Below, in pieces: positions 11,987 to 24,851 of a DNA stretch of 64,000 bases. This stretch comes from Octopus bimaculoides (Eukaryota). The position numbers and the translations under genes were made by a program. The notes beneath the pieces are model-generated. The model worked only from the letters and a program-made list of their open reading frames with translations, did no database searches and was not told the origin of the DNA. The first letter of the stretch is position 1, and each line of letters begins with the position of its first letter. Where the stretch lies: contig NC_069001.1 of assembly GCF_001194135.2 (NCBI RefSeq), positions 33,267,652-33,331,651 of the forward strand, written 5' to 3'.

Positions 11987-12144
11987 CATCTAAACTATCA
12001 TTAAACAGAGAAAATATCCAACAAAGCTACTCTGCATTACAACACAAGCCAGCAGTAGTTCCAATATGAAGCTGAAGTACAAAGAGCAACACACAACTAA
12101 TAATAGAGGTAGAAATAAAAAAATTCATCTGTTTATAATGTGTG

Positions 12145-12361
12145 TAAGGTGGCGAGCGGGCAGAAACATCAGCACACCAGGTGAAATGCTAGGCGGTATT
12201 TCGTCTGTCTTTACGTTCTGAGTTCAAATTCCGCCAAGGTTGACTTTGCTTTTCATCCTTTCGGGGCCGATAAATTAAGTACCAATCAAGTACTGGGGTT
12301 GATCTAATCGACTGGCGCCCTCCCCCAAAATTTCAGGCCTTGTGCCTAGAGTAGAAAAGAA
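12145..12361 (+). mobile_element. Family-A SINE, near full length
   Basis: Complete head, B box gagttcaaattcc, core and tail ggccttgtgcctagagtagaaaaga. Confidence 0.93.
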
Positions 12362-12940
12362 TATATGCATGTGTGTATGTGAGTGAATTTTTGAGAGTAT
12401 GTGTTGTGTCTGTTTGTTTTTTTTTTCTTTTTTTACTTGAAGTTAAAAGGACAGGGTCCATAGCTTTTTCTGAAGGCTCCAAAACTAGGAGGAACAAGAA
12501 AATCACAAAGTATGACTAACTCCTTCTTTTAGGCACAACCACGCTACTTCACATCAAACTATATTTCCAAAGGCATTTGTTCTTAGGCTGGTAAACTACT
12601 GCATGGTTCTAATATACCGTCCTCCCAACAAATTTGTGATTTTAGAGAAGTAAAGTAATCTTCAGCTTTTCCTCGTATGACGTTTACAATTTTAATTTTA
12701 AAATTATCTTTTCAAGCAAAAACCTTCCTGCAACAGCTGGCAGACAAATGGTTTTAGCTGCAGCTTAAGATTTCACAAAACTTGAAACCAAGTCTATCAG
12801 AAAATTCACTGAATAATCTTTATATTTTTTCATTCTTCTTTTTCAAAATGACAAACGATTCTTAATGGTTTGTTTGTCTTTCAAACGTTTTCCTTTTATT
12901 TGGGTTAAAACATTGGTGTTTTTTTTTTTCTTTTCTAATT

Positions 12941-13328
12941 GCAGACGTGGGCATGTGGTAAGAAGCTTGTTTCCCAACTACAAGGTTCCAGGTTCAGTCC
13001 TACTGCATGGCACCTTGGGTAAGCATCTTCTACTATAATCTTGGGTCAACCAAAGTCTTGTGAATGGACTTGGTAGACTGAAGTTGAAAGAAGCCTGTCA
13101 TGTGTGTGTGTGTGTTTGTCCCCCACCACTGCTTGACAACCAGTGTTGGTGTGTATACATCCCTGTAACGTTAGTGGTTCAGCAAAAAAGTACAATAGGA
13201 TAAGTACTAGGTTTTTGGGGTTTTTTTTAAATAAGTCCTGGGGTAAATTTGTTTAACTAAAAATTCATCCAAGGTGGTGCTCCAGCATGGCCGCAGTCAA
13301 ATGACTGAAACAAGTAAAAAGATAAAGA
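12941..13328 (+). mobile_element. Family-B SINE, full length
   Basis: Head, CORE-like segment, (GT)n and tail ccagcatggccgcagtcaaatgactgaaacaagtaaaaag. Confidence 0.92.
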
Positions 13329-14654
13329 AATAAAATCATTTTCAAAATTTTATTTGAATTTTGAAATGTTTTTTTTTATATTACTTTTCCCCCTTTATAA
13401 TGGCTTTATCACCAACACCATTATCATCATTGGAACTGTAATCAAAAATATTAGACCTCACTGACAGAAATTCCTATGTTAAAATGTTTGGATTTTGTAT
13501 TCTTTCTGTTATTCTCTTACTTGTTTCAGTCATTGGACTGCGGCCTTGCTGGAGCACCNNNNNNNNNNNNNNNNNNNNNNNNNNNNNNNNNNNNNNNNNN
13601 NNNNNNNNNNNNNNNNNNNNNNNNNNNNNNNNNNNNNNNNNNNNNNNNNNNNNNNNNNNNNNNNNNNNNNNNNNNNNNNNNNNNNNNNNNNNNNNNNNNN
13701 NNNNNNNNNNNNCCCATTTATTCCTACATATAAAATTTTAAAAAAACATTCAGTGAATGAAAAGGGATTTATATGTTCAGAAATGGATGTAGAAATGAGG
13801 CTTGTTTATTCTCTAGAGAAGATAGCAAAAAAAAAAAAGAAAGAAAAAAAGCTGCTATTTTCAAGAAATGTCAATTAGTTGTCATTAGAACAAGAAAATA
13901 GATTTGATTATTATCCATGAAAAGGCAAAACATCATTGATACATCTTCACACAATGAAAAAAAAAAAAAAAAAAAAAAAGAAGTAATCTTATAAGTAGAG
14001 GAATTACTGACAGAGATTCAAGCTCAAATTACATCAGAAGAACAAAACTAGTAGAACAAAACTCCAATGATTTTTCAACATTTTTAGCAACTTAAATTTT
14101 TGCATTGCATAATCATAAAAAACCCCATAGACAGGATGGAGAAAGCAATTCTGAAAATTTTAAAGGGATTTAAAAAAAAGATTATTTTAAAATTCTGATC
14201 ATGTCATGAATTGTGACAAAGAATCCTGGAAGACGATTTAATCTCCATAATTGCAGAATGAAATATATTCAGTTGATGGACTCTACTGTTCACCAGAAAT
14301 TGCTTCATAGAACTCATAAAGCTAAATAGTCTGGCTTTGTAATTGATTCTGTTCCATATCGAACACATCCAAAGCAAATAGCAGAAACTGTTTCTTATGT
14401 TGATATCGATTTTAATAACAAATTATTTCTATAAAGGAGTTCTTTTTTTACTTGGGTTTATCCAAAAATAAAATGGGTGCTTAACACATCCTGAAAATAA
14501 TTTTAAAACAACTTTTAAAAGACTTTTGAGCTCAATGCTATGACATTGCTGCAGATGTAACTAGTTATGAAAAGGTGTTCAACAGAAAATTAATGAAAAC
14601 AACTGCTGACCTGCTTTTATAATGTGTCCTAATCCTTCTCCCAGTTTGGTTGGA

Positions 14655-14882
14655 GGAGATGTGCGTGACTTAGTGTTTAGGGTGTTGGACTGATCAGTGT
14701 AAGATTGTGGTTTCAATTTCTGGGCTGGGTAAAACACTTTATTTCATGCTGTTCCAGTTCACTAAGCTAGCAAAAATGAGTAAACCAATGAAGGACTGGT
14801 GTCCCACCCAGGGGAGAAAATATACACCACAGAAACAGGGAAACTGGCCTTCTGAGTCAATGTGACTTGGGAAGGAACTTTA
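14655..14882 (+). mobile_element. Family-C SINE inside the hAT remnant
   Basis: gtgcgtgacttagtgtttagggtgttggact ... aacactttatttcatgctgttccagttcactaagctagcaaaaatgagta. Confidence 0.85.
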
Positions 14883-14910
14883 TCTATAATCTGGTAAGAG
14901 TGTATGCCTC

Positions 14911-15121
14911 TACAAGGGGTGCTGAAAAGTTCCTAGCTCTAAGGGTATCAGGTTGGAGGCCCAACCATGATACCCTTAGAGTAGAACCTTCTCAGTTCTT
15001 TTACAGAGTTAGAAAAACTGGAGGACCACTGCAATAAATGTGTGAACCTGAGAGGGGAATATGTTGAATAAAATCCTATATTTTCTTTTACTCAAAGCCA
15101 GGAACTTCTCAGCACCTTGTA
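14911..15121 (+). mobile_element. mariner-derived MITE, copy 1
   Basis: TA ends. TIR caaggggtgctgaaaagttcctagct / agccaggaacttctcagcaccttg. Internal EKLEDHCNKCVNLRGEYVE* (15012-15071) resembles a mariner transposase C-terminus. Confidence 0.9.
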
Positions 15122-16789
15122 ATCCTGATATATCCAGTGTTTATTTTTGTTTTTTTTAAAGAAGGAATCCAATGGTTTTATCCAGTTTTATCCTGTTCAA
15201 TTCTCAGTTTTGTCACAATTTGAATGGTGCTACATCAAATGTCACATTTGAAGATTGTGAAGCCAGTTCATAAACACTTTGATACCATATACTTTTGATC
15301 TCAATGCCATGTCAATCTAATGGTTATGGCTTCTTATATAATCTGAGAAGAGATTTTTAGATAAATGCTCTCCATTTCAATTTCAACTACTTACTATAGC
15401 AACCTTTCAGTGAATTAAAATTGGTTTTATTGTATGTGTGCTTCAGCGAAGCAAGAACGACTTGACTTTGGCCTAAGTAGAATTAAAATAGAAAAAAACA
15501 ATAAATACAAATTTTCATATTATATTGTATCTATATTGTCAAATGAAAAACAGATGATCATCAAATTCAAACTGTTGATAAGGCAGGCACTGAATAATAT
15601 TTTGACTTTAAACTTCCTGATTTTGCTTAGTTTTTTTGTTTTTGCTTTTGGAATAAAATTCTTATTTGGATTGATTGTGATCAAAAACGACTCTGTCATC
15701 ATACTATGAATGATTACAATACTGCTTGTGGTTTGAGGGCCCTTTAAGGTTATATTGTCAATCAGTCAATAATTATTGATCAGTGAACCACTTCAACCTG
15801 AGCAGAAACCATGTGATAAATAGGATATTCAAGTAGAAAGACACCTCCTCAGACACAAGATAGGAATGCCTGGTGAAAAAGCCAATGATGTAGGATTAAC
15901 TGTGAAAGGAAAAAATAATGAGACTAATGCTAAAACTATTGATTGTCCATTTCCATAATGAAATGGAAGAAAGGGTTGCCTGTTTCCACAAGTTGAATTG
16001 AAAATTTTGATTTCTTTTAGATGTTAGAGGATTACTACTGTTTGACTGAAATGAAACCAACAGCATTTAATAAAGTATCTTTAAAGAAAAGTTGTCTCGA
16101 CTGTAGACAGATAAAGGTGAATTTAAGCTTTATGAAGTAATCTTGAAATGAAAGATATTTTTGGAAAGTTACTCAAAATACATAATTCTAAGAGCGGTGT
16201 GTTTCTCAAATTTATTGTTCAGTATAGAAATGAAAATATGTTTCCAAATTTGAGAGTTGCTCTATAGATAATTCTTCCTATTACAATTTCAATTAGCAGC
16301 TGTAGTAATGTCTGTCAGTAAGTTGAAGTTGATCTTACTGTATTTGTGAGATTCAATGAACCAACAAAAACTGTCAGTTCTACTAAAGTAGAATCTTGAT
16401 GCTGCTAGAATATTTGTATCATTGGAAGGAAGAAAAATAATTTTAAATTAAAATTTAAAATTATTCATAAAACTAACCAAAAATAGGAGCAAACACAACA
16501 TTTCTTTTAAAGTTCTATAAAATTAGAACGATTCCATTTCAATAAATGTTTACACATTTTGGTATTATTTTACTTGTAAATGTCTTAGTAGTTGTATTTT
16601 TTTGTTTTATATATATTGTATATAATTATTTATAGTTACATACTATATGTGTATATATTACATATCACTGTTTAAAGTTATATATATATAAATACGCAAA
16701 CCAAAAGATCCCACCATTCTACATATATTTAGAGGAGTTCTAAGCATGGCACATGTTGAGATAAATGGAAAAGAGTTAGAGACAACATA

Positions 16790-18560
16790 AGTGACAACTG
16801 GGAATTTCTACAAGACCACCTGCCATGAGACACAAATAATCTGTGTCTGGAACAAGTACCAGTCAAATAAAAAGTAACATTGTGATGGAACAGCACTGCA
16901 TATAGAGCCACAAAAGTCCAGGGACACTTTCTGGAAAGACCGAAAGAAAGGGGTCCACAAATAACAAGTAACTAGAAGACAAACTGGATGTCAGGTACAC
17001 TTAGTATGTGAAGAGACATTAAAAGCAAGAATTTTGTTAACAGTTTGCAATGAGAGGGGTGGAGGTGTGAAGTGTGGATTACGAAGTAACATGTCAGGGT
17101 AAATCAAGATGTTGATGAGGAAAAGTGTACTCGGACTGATTTAATACCCTTCACTGAGAGGAAATAGACTTGGAAATATTACAAAGAGAGGTTGTAGAAA
17201 GTGGAAATGTGAGGGAGAGAAATGCCAAGTAGACCAAATAGGGGGAACCAGTTGTAGAAGTTGACATTAATATGGTTGAAATGGTTTTAAAGATAGAGAA
17301 AGCTGCCAAGCCATCGGGGATAGTTATTTAGATGTCGAAAATATCCAAAAATGTAGAGCTCAAACTAACCACACAGATGTGCATACAGTCAATCAGAGAG
17401 TACAGAGTGGTGTCATACTCAACGAAGGACATATCATCGTCAACAAATGCTCCAAAGGCAAAAATGCTCTTGTAACAACCAGTCTCATTGGCATCAAACT
17501 GATGGATTAAATTGTAGCATAAATTGCAGATTGGATTTGTAATAAGAGAAGCACAACTAATGCTCACTTCCTAGTGAAACAACAAGTTCTTAGATAGGAG
17601 TAAGCCACTATATCTCACATTTGTTGATCTGGAGAAGACCCTTGATAGTGTACTGAGTTCTGTAGTCTTGTAGTTGCTAAAAACTTTGGTGCAGATAAAT
17701 AGCTTGTCAGAGCTGTGCAAGCCATGTGCAGAGATAATGTTATTAAGGTGAGAGTTGGCAGTGAGGGATTCAGTGAGTGATTTAGCGTATTGGTAAATGT
17801 CAATTATATTTCTCCAGACTGCAACGGATGAGTTTAAGACTGGCTGTTCATGGGAACTCCTGTATACAGATGACCTAGTTCTCATTGCTGAATGTGTTAA
17901 CAATTTAGAGAAGAAAATTCATTTATGGAAGCAAAGTCTGGCATCAAAGTAACACGCTCCATTGGTTGAAAACGGGTAGATAAGAATTCCATACAGTGCA
18001 CCTGTCAGTTATGTCAATTGTGATTACGAAAGAGATGTGGGATCACAGCTAAGATATTGATAAAGGAAAGCTTTGTATGTGGCACATATTCAGTCCTAGC
18101 TTAGCTGAAAGTGTCTATGTAAAATAACTCATAAATTTTTTAAGAAACAGTGGGAAACTTTTGTGATTCAGGTTACCTAATTAACAAAGAATGCAGGTGC
18201 TTGAAAGAGTAAAACTGGAGTGGGAAAAGTTTAGGGAGCTATCACCTCTATTGGTAACAAAGAGATTCTCTCATCAAGGAGATGATAGATTTTTATGATG
18301 CTTTAGTACAAAGTGTGATGCTACATGGTAGAGAAATATGGGCACTAAATGCAGAAGATATGTGAAGGCCAAAGAGAAAGGAAGTGAGCATACTCCAGGG
18401 ATATGATGATACAGAAAAACTGAGAGAAGAAAATGATTGTAAAAGGTATTAGAAGTAATGTACAAGAGGGAAGACTGCATTGGTACAGACATGTAATGCA
18501 TATGAATGATATTTAGCAAAGACGTTATCCAAAGGAGACTGGACGTCGTTGTGAATACTT
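16790..18560 (+). pseudogene. Decayed RTE-clade LINE ORF2 (linker, RT, C-terminus)
   Basis: KVTL*WNS (16871); KPLYLTFVDLEKTLDSV (17602-17652); EFKTGCSWELLYTDDLVLIAECVNNLEKKIHLWKQ with YTDD at 17863-17874 (the YADD position); FRELSPLLVTK; VMLHGREIWALNAED; RLHWYRHVMHM. Many stops and deletions. Confidence 0.9.
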
Positions 18561-20193
18561 GTCTCAAAAGGCTGAATAGGACAAATGAGGTGAGCTTTAA
18601 GTCCTTAAAGATAGGAGTTCAAAAGGAGTCTTCAAGGATACACAAAGAAGGTACAGCCATTAATGAAATTCCAACATAGAAATGAAGTTTGTCTGACCGA
18701 TTCCTCTTTTACTTTCCACAAAGATATATCATAAAAAGACAAGTCATTTACATTTGTTTATTACATAGTGTGGACTAAAATCTATAGATATACTTTGTGG
18801 CACAGAATAATAGTACCTACATGTGTGTGTATGTGTGTGTGTGTACACGTACATACATACATACATACATACACTCACACGTGTGTGTCCATATATATAA
18901 TTGCTTATACACACAAAAGCCTTGCCCTCAGTTTATTTAATGTGTCAACTTAAAGGCTGAACAGATATTAAGCCAGCGAGTTCACAAACCAACGAGTTCC
19001 TGAGTCCTATCTTCTAGCAACAACAGTTATATCTCTCAAATCATACTGTTATCATTTTTAAAGAAAAAAGAAAGATAGGATGGTCTCGCCTGGAAAGTCT
19101 TTCATCACAGCTCCAAGCAACAGAGCTAAAACAACAGATGAAATATCAAAATAAAAACTTATGGGGCTACCTACGGTAGGTGTCAGAGAGAATCAAACAA
19201 CTGCTTAAATAAGGATTTTTTATGTACAAACTATATTCATTAACTGTAAGAAAACGAAAATATTTTCATACCTGCTCCAACACACACAAACTGTGGTATC
19301 ATAACAATGCAAAATATATTGATTTCTAGCACTGACACAAGACCCCATTTGGGGGAGCGTGGACATAGTTTATTAAATCGATCTCAACTGGTAGTGAAAG
19401 GCGAACAGACTAAGACGACTTCGTTTGAATTTGAACTTATAATGCCATTAAATATTGCAAAGCATTTTGTCCGTCACTCTACCGATTTTGACAATCAACA
19501 ACAATAATAATAATGATAATCTCTCTTTGACGAGTGATGAGGCTGTAAAAAAAAGAGAATGGACGAAGCAAAACACGAAATAAGGGAGTGTGACGAGTTG
19601 AGCATTTTTTTAAATTGACATACGCGGATTTCCTCAAAAAAATAACAAGAGAAAGAGAGAAGTTTTATCAAGATTTAAAATTAAAACCGAGCAATAATAT
19701 ATCTTGTTTATCTGAAGTGTGAATGAATTCCTATATACATTAGGGTCATTTTATCTTTCGTCCCACTACAGTTGAAGTAAAGCAATCAAGTAATATGTTA
19801 GTGAATTTTTACCTAAATAAAATTATATCAGTAGTCTATGAATATTGTTTTTGAGATATGTTGAGTCTCGTGAAAATAAGCTGGTGGAAAGCCTAATAAG
19901 CGACCTCGATCGGTGGAAGGTAACCTGTTCACTGACGGCATTAAAACACCCGAGAAATGTATGAATATCACAACATTCCATTTCTTCCTAGAAAAATGTT
20001 ATGCACGAAGTTATTACAACAAGGGTTAGCTCAATAGTGGGACCATAATTTCTCTCGAATTGATTTATTTTTAGTTTCATAAAGGTGTGTGTAGTACTCA
20101 ACAAAATTTCGATACAATAAAAAGTGTCACATTTAGATTTTCTTTTCTAAATGTCTTGGTAAGAAATTATAAATTAGAGCATTAGAAAAAAAA

Positions 20194-20375
20194 AAATGCC
20201 ACACGGTATTTTATGCCAACTCTTTGCGTTCTGAGTTCAAATTCCGCCGAGGTCGACTTTGCCTTCCATCCTTTCGAGATCGATAAATTAAGTACAAGTG
20301 AAACACTGGGGTCGATGTAATCGACTACTCCCCGTCCAGACAAAAATTGCTGCCCTTGTGGCAAAATTTGAAACC
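20194..20375 (+). mobile_element. Family-A SINE, 5' truncated, CpGs intact
   Basis: gagttcaaattccgccgaggtcgactttgccttccatcctttcgagatcgataaattaag. Confidence 0.9.
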
Positions 20376-21503
20376 ATCATCGTTATTATTATTACCGTCC
20401 AAAATGTTTTTGTGAATCCTTGTTAGTTAATAAAGATAACATTATTATTCTGGTATTGTTTTACCATAATTAAATTTCTTCTTTAAGCACATGTATAAGA
20501 TAGAAGGATTTAGTGGTGCGTTTTATCAGACGCTACAAATGTTAGTCTTCTAAATAATTAAGGATTCCACACAAAGGTACAAAATCGCAAATGTTTAAGA
20601 ATGGATGAATGAGGTGGTTGTTTGACAATTAACCAACCCCAGTAGGGTGTCAGACACGGACAACGCCGGTGAGATTTGAACTCGGAATTTTAATGACAAC
20701 TATTTCTGAATAAAATTCCATTGAAACATTCGAGTAAACACTATCGTGAAAAGTACTCTAAAGGGTAACAATATAAAGTACACAATGTCCAAAGAGAACT
20801 ACTTTATTTTAGTTTGAACGAGTATATATGTATAGGCAAACTGTATGTATGTGTGCGCAGTATATACATCGTTAAGAAAGTTTAAATTTAGTTGTGTTCT
20901 TAAATTATATTAATAATGTCAATAAACCATTAGCCTTGTTTCAACTTTATTTTTTATGAGAAACTACTGGTTCCCGACATTGGGATAATTGTCATTGTAT
21001 TTGGCAACATTCCTCGGTGAAAGACATGGACACATGTACCATGTCACAGACAAACGAACGTGTACATTTATATATAATATATGTGTGTGTGTGTGTGTGT
21101 GTGTTGTATGTGCCTGTGTACGTGTATTTTATGAGTGCATGTGTGTGTATCTATATATGTGTGTGCGTGTATATATATATATATGTTCATCAAATACCAA
21201 CCCCAAATGTCTACAGCCAACACCCTACTCGTACTTTGCACAAGACACAAGCTACACAAGACCTTTAAGTAAGGGGTTTCAATTAGCAATGACCCCCACC
21301 TCACATTTTAAATAAACCCAAAATTAGTATAGTATAAAGACGACAAAAACAAAAAGCCAGAAAACCACTTTACACCAATCCTTATACAAAAGAAACAACA
21401 AGAACAGCTACGATTACTATTAATATTATTGGTTTCCGATACACACTCTAGACATTGATAAATACAAAAAAAAAAAAAAAAGCAACAATAGAGTAATTCT
21501 TAC

Positions 21504-21582
21504 CATGTTCATCGATATATGTATCAGGTATAGTGGGTAATACATCAAATACTTCTGTGGTATTATCATCGCCTTGCTCCAT
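21504..21582 (-). CDS. Candidate first coding exon of an unidentified minus-strand gene
   Basis: accATGG start context; 26 codons + 1 nt, MEQGDDNTTEVFDVLPTIPDTYIDEH(G); ends at the donor CATG|GTAAGA; non-repetitive DNA inside a CpG-retaining domain. No homology recognised. Confidence 0.45.
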
Positions 21583-21749
21583 GGTCAGGTAAGAAGGAAA
21601 GCCGTCAGAGCAAGCGACGTGTTTACAGTTGTTGCTTCATACATACATCGTATAATAATAAACACTACAAGAACTTGTGAATAGTGATAGTAGTAGTAGT
21701 GACAGTTAGTGGTGGTGGTGGTGGTGGCAGTATTAGTAGTAGCTGCTGA

Positions 21750-22133
21750 TGCTTAGTCGCGGGTCAGCACTGTTCAAAGGCAATCCAACCACGACCATCT
21801 TATCATAGGTTGTCTTCTGTATGCTTTCCTTTAATGCAAGACAGAAAGGTGTGTGATTCATGAGAAAATTTGGCTGCTGTTTCTAGCAAGTCGAAAATCC
21901 CTCGTTGACTAGTAATAGCAGTAGTAGTAGTAGAAGCAGTAATTGGTTATGTAATGGTTAAAGTGGTGGTGGTGGTGATGAACTAGAAGACTCGGTGGAG
22001 GAACCAAAAAGGAAATGATTTAGTTTATTCTCTAAATAAATGGTAAACAGTAAAACGCTACCCTTCTTCGCCAATAACTGTCTATAATTATTGATTGATA
22101 TGTTATTAGCTACCATATATCCCGATCAGAACT

Positions 22134-22182
<49 letters not shown>

Positions 22183-22443
22183 TAATAATAATAATGATGA
22201 TGATGATGATAATAATAATAATAATAATAATGTTGTCTACTTGAGAGACTTGATATGTTTTTGTGGGGGAGAGGAAGGGTTTAGTCAATTACATCGACCG
22301 TAGTGTGTAACTGGTACTTATTTGATGGAACCCGAAAGAATGAACGGCGGGAATATGAACTGAGAGCGTGTGAAGACGGATGATACACTGCTAAGCATCT
22401 TGTCCGGCGTGCTAACGATTCTGCCAGCTCGACGCCTTTGCAT

Positions 22444-22483
<40 letters not shown>

Positions 22484-22884
22484 AATAATGATCTTTTCTA
22501 CTTTCGGCACAAGGTCTGAAATATTGAGGAGAGGGGACTAGTCGATTACATCGACTCCAGTGCTCAACTGGTACTTATTTTATCGACCCCCGAAAGGATG
22601 AAAGGCAGAGTCGACTTCGGCGGAAATCCTTTCTACTATAGGCACAAGGCCTGAAATTTTGTAGGGAGGGAGGAGCTAGTGGATTACATTGATATTGACC
22701 CCAGTGCTTAACTGGTACTTTATTTCATCGACCCTACACCACCACCACCACCACCACCATCATCATTGTCATGATCATCATCACCATCACCACCACAACA
22801 GCTTAAAACTTTCACCCCTAATAACATTATCACCATCACACATCGGAATAAATAAATAAATAAATAAATGGATGGATGGATAGC

Positions 22885-22921
<37 letters not shown>

Positions 22922-24515
22922 GTGATATGATGGACAGGTGACAAGTTCTCGTTGCTTAACCCCATATCACTCTGATCCAACAGACATGATCAAAGGTATT
23001 ACACCTGTGTCCGAACCGTATAAACACTGATCGAGCAGCATATAATCAACAAGATTCCAGGTGTGACCATCCCGTCTTTCATTCAAACATGTTATACGCA
23101 TTTCTCTTTATATGTGTGTGTGTGTTGTATTGTGTTTTTAAGACATTTCGATGCGATTCCAGGAAGATTTGACAGCTATTTCTAGCATGTCGAGCGACAT
23201 CCACGTTGAAGGTGGTACAAGCAAATGGCCAGGGTGGTGGCGAACAGGTAGCAGCATTCAAGTGAGGTGGTGTCTGGGAGGGAAAAGTGAGGGAGGTGTT
23301 TTTCACACTTGTACACGAAATAGCGGAAAAGAGAGAGACAGAGCTGGGGTGGGGCGTTTCTTTTTTTCTTTAGCATCTGTGTGGAAGTGGAAAATGTACG
23401 TGTGTGCGTGCGAATTAGGAAGACAGGGAGAGAAAGAAGGTAAGAGAGAAAGAGAAAGAGGCAGACAGGGAAAGAGAATCAGACAGATAGAAAAACAGGG
23501 AGAGACAGGCGGAGTAGAGAAAGATAGAGAGAGAGAAAGCGAAGGGCAGAGACAGACAGACAGATAAAGAGACGGATAGACAGACAGGCAAAGAAAGAGG
23601 GAGAGAAGAAAGCGACAAAGAGGGAGAGTGATACAGACAGACTGACATAAAAAGAGCGAGAGAGGAAGTAAGGTTAACAGAGAACGAAAAATTTTGGAGA
23701 AGTTTAGTTTTCACACCTTTTCAAATAAATACAGAATATATAAAATATAGAGTTACTGCAAGGCACAATATACACGTGGATGTATCTAATCAAACAGACC
23801 TATGATCAAAAGGCATTCCAACCGTGACATCCGATATTATTTTTTTTAGACACAAGGTATCTAGGATCATATTGTCCAACGTGTCACTTTTACTTAAGAT
23901 GGTAGGATGTGATTTGAGGGAAATTAGTAGTTATTGCTAGCAAGGTGAACGACCTCGGTGGCTTGTTTGAGAGTATTTACGCGTGTGTGCGTGCGTGTAT
24001 GTGAGTTCTGCTCAGATATACGGTCAAAAAGCAATCCAGCCGCGACTTTCCTGCCTATTTTTTCAGTGCTTTTAGGATCACTTTATGTAACGTGCATTTT
24101 ATTTCAGACGGTAAAGCATGATTGTAGAATTGACTGCAATTACTAATAAATAGCTAACGTTTGTGTGCATTACGTGTGTATATATATATATGTGTATCTT
24201 TGTGCACGTATGTGTGTATGTACGCGTGTGTAAACGTGCATGTGTATGTGTGTTCTGGATCAAGTTTTTGTAAAGACAACTATTCCGAGATTCTTTCAAA
24301 ACTTGAACTCGTAATTTCCAGACAATCGTTGTAGTGTTTGTTGATCGCTGGCGACGGCGTAGATGGAAGTGTCGTCACTGTTTAACCCCAGGTCAAAACC
24401 ACGACCACACCGTCGTTTAAAGAATACGTGAGACTATAACATTGACGAAAGTGTCGTTTCTTTCCTTGAAAACTGAAGGGTTTAATTTGGCTGCTATATT
24501 TAACAGGTCCTTATG
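21750..24515 (-). mobile_element. Four minus-strand family-E copies (~21750-21895, 22935-23200, 23780-23960, 24370-24515)
   Basis: Each shows the reverse-complement head, e.g. atttggctgctgtttctagc, atttgacagctatttctagc, ttattgctagc, atttggctgctatatt. The span is a grouping, not one element. Confidence 0.7.
22255..22735 (-). mobile_element. Three family-A SINEs in tandem or nested
   Basis: Copies at ~22255-22440, 22490-22628 and 22627-22735. (GAT)n lies between the first two. Confidence 0.85.
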
Positions 24516-24659
24516 ATCAAAAATCTACTCGCCTAACCTCTCATCCACATGTATTATCAACGCATTTAGTGTGGCTAAGGCTAAGGTCTGTCGTGAGCTC
24601 CATGACTAATTAAAACGAGAGCTAAACATAGTTTCCAGGATGTCTAAGTGAGTGAGATT

Positions 24660-24851
24660 ACAACGTTCACCCCAGAACGGGACACCGAGTTTACTTCCCA
24701 GTTTTTGCTGGAATTAATTTACAGCCGAGAGGACTAGGGAAACGTAAAATGAAGTGTTTTGATCAACAGAATGCACCGCCCAGCCTGGAGATCGAAACCA
24801 TGATCTTGTGATCATCAATTTAAACCCCTAACCATTAGGCTATGCGCCTTC
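24660..24851 (-). mobile_element. Family-C SINE
   Basis: gaagtgttttgatcaacagaatgcaccgcccagcctggagatcgaaacc ... aaccattaggctatgcgccttc. Confidence 0.8.

Larger units (their letters stand above)
13713..16451 (+). pseudogene. Decayed hAT (ZMYM1-like) transposase, interrupted by a SINE and a MITE
   Basis: Colinear translated blocks: IIHEKAKHH*YIFTQ*K (~13910-13960); SP*LQNEI / QLMDSTVHQKLLHRTHKAK*SGFVIDSVP..VSYVDIDF (~14240-14410); AQCYDIAA / GVQQKINE (~14530-14600); WNKILIWIDCDQKRL (15649); MPGEKANDVGLT (15866); FPNLRVAL*IILPITISISSC / SKLKLILLYL*DSMNQQKLS (16241-16380, hAT dimerisation-domain pattern); stop at 16449-51. Confidence 0.88.
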
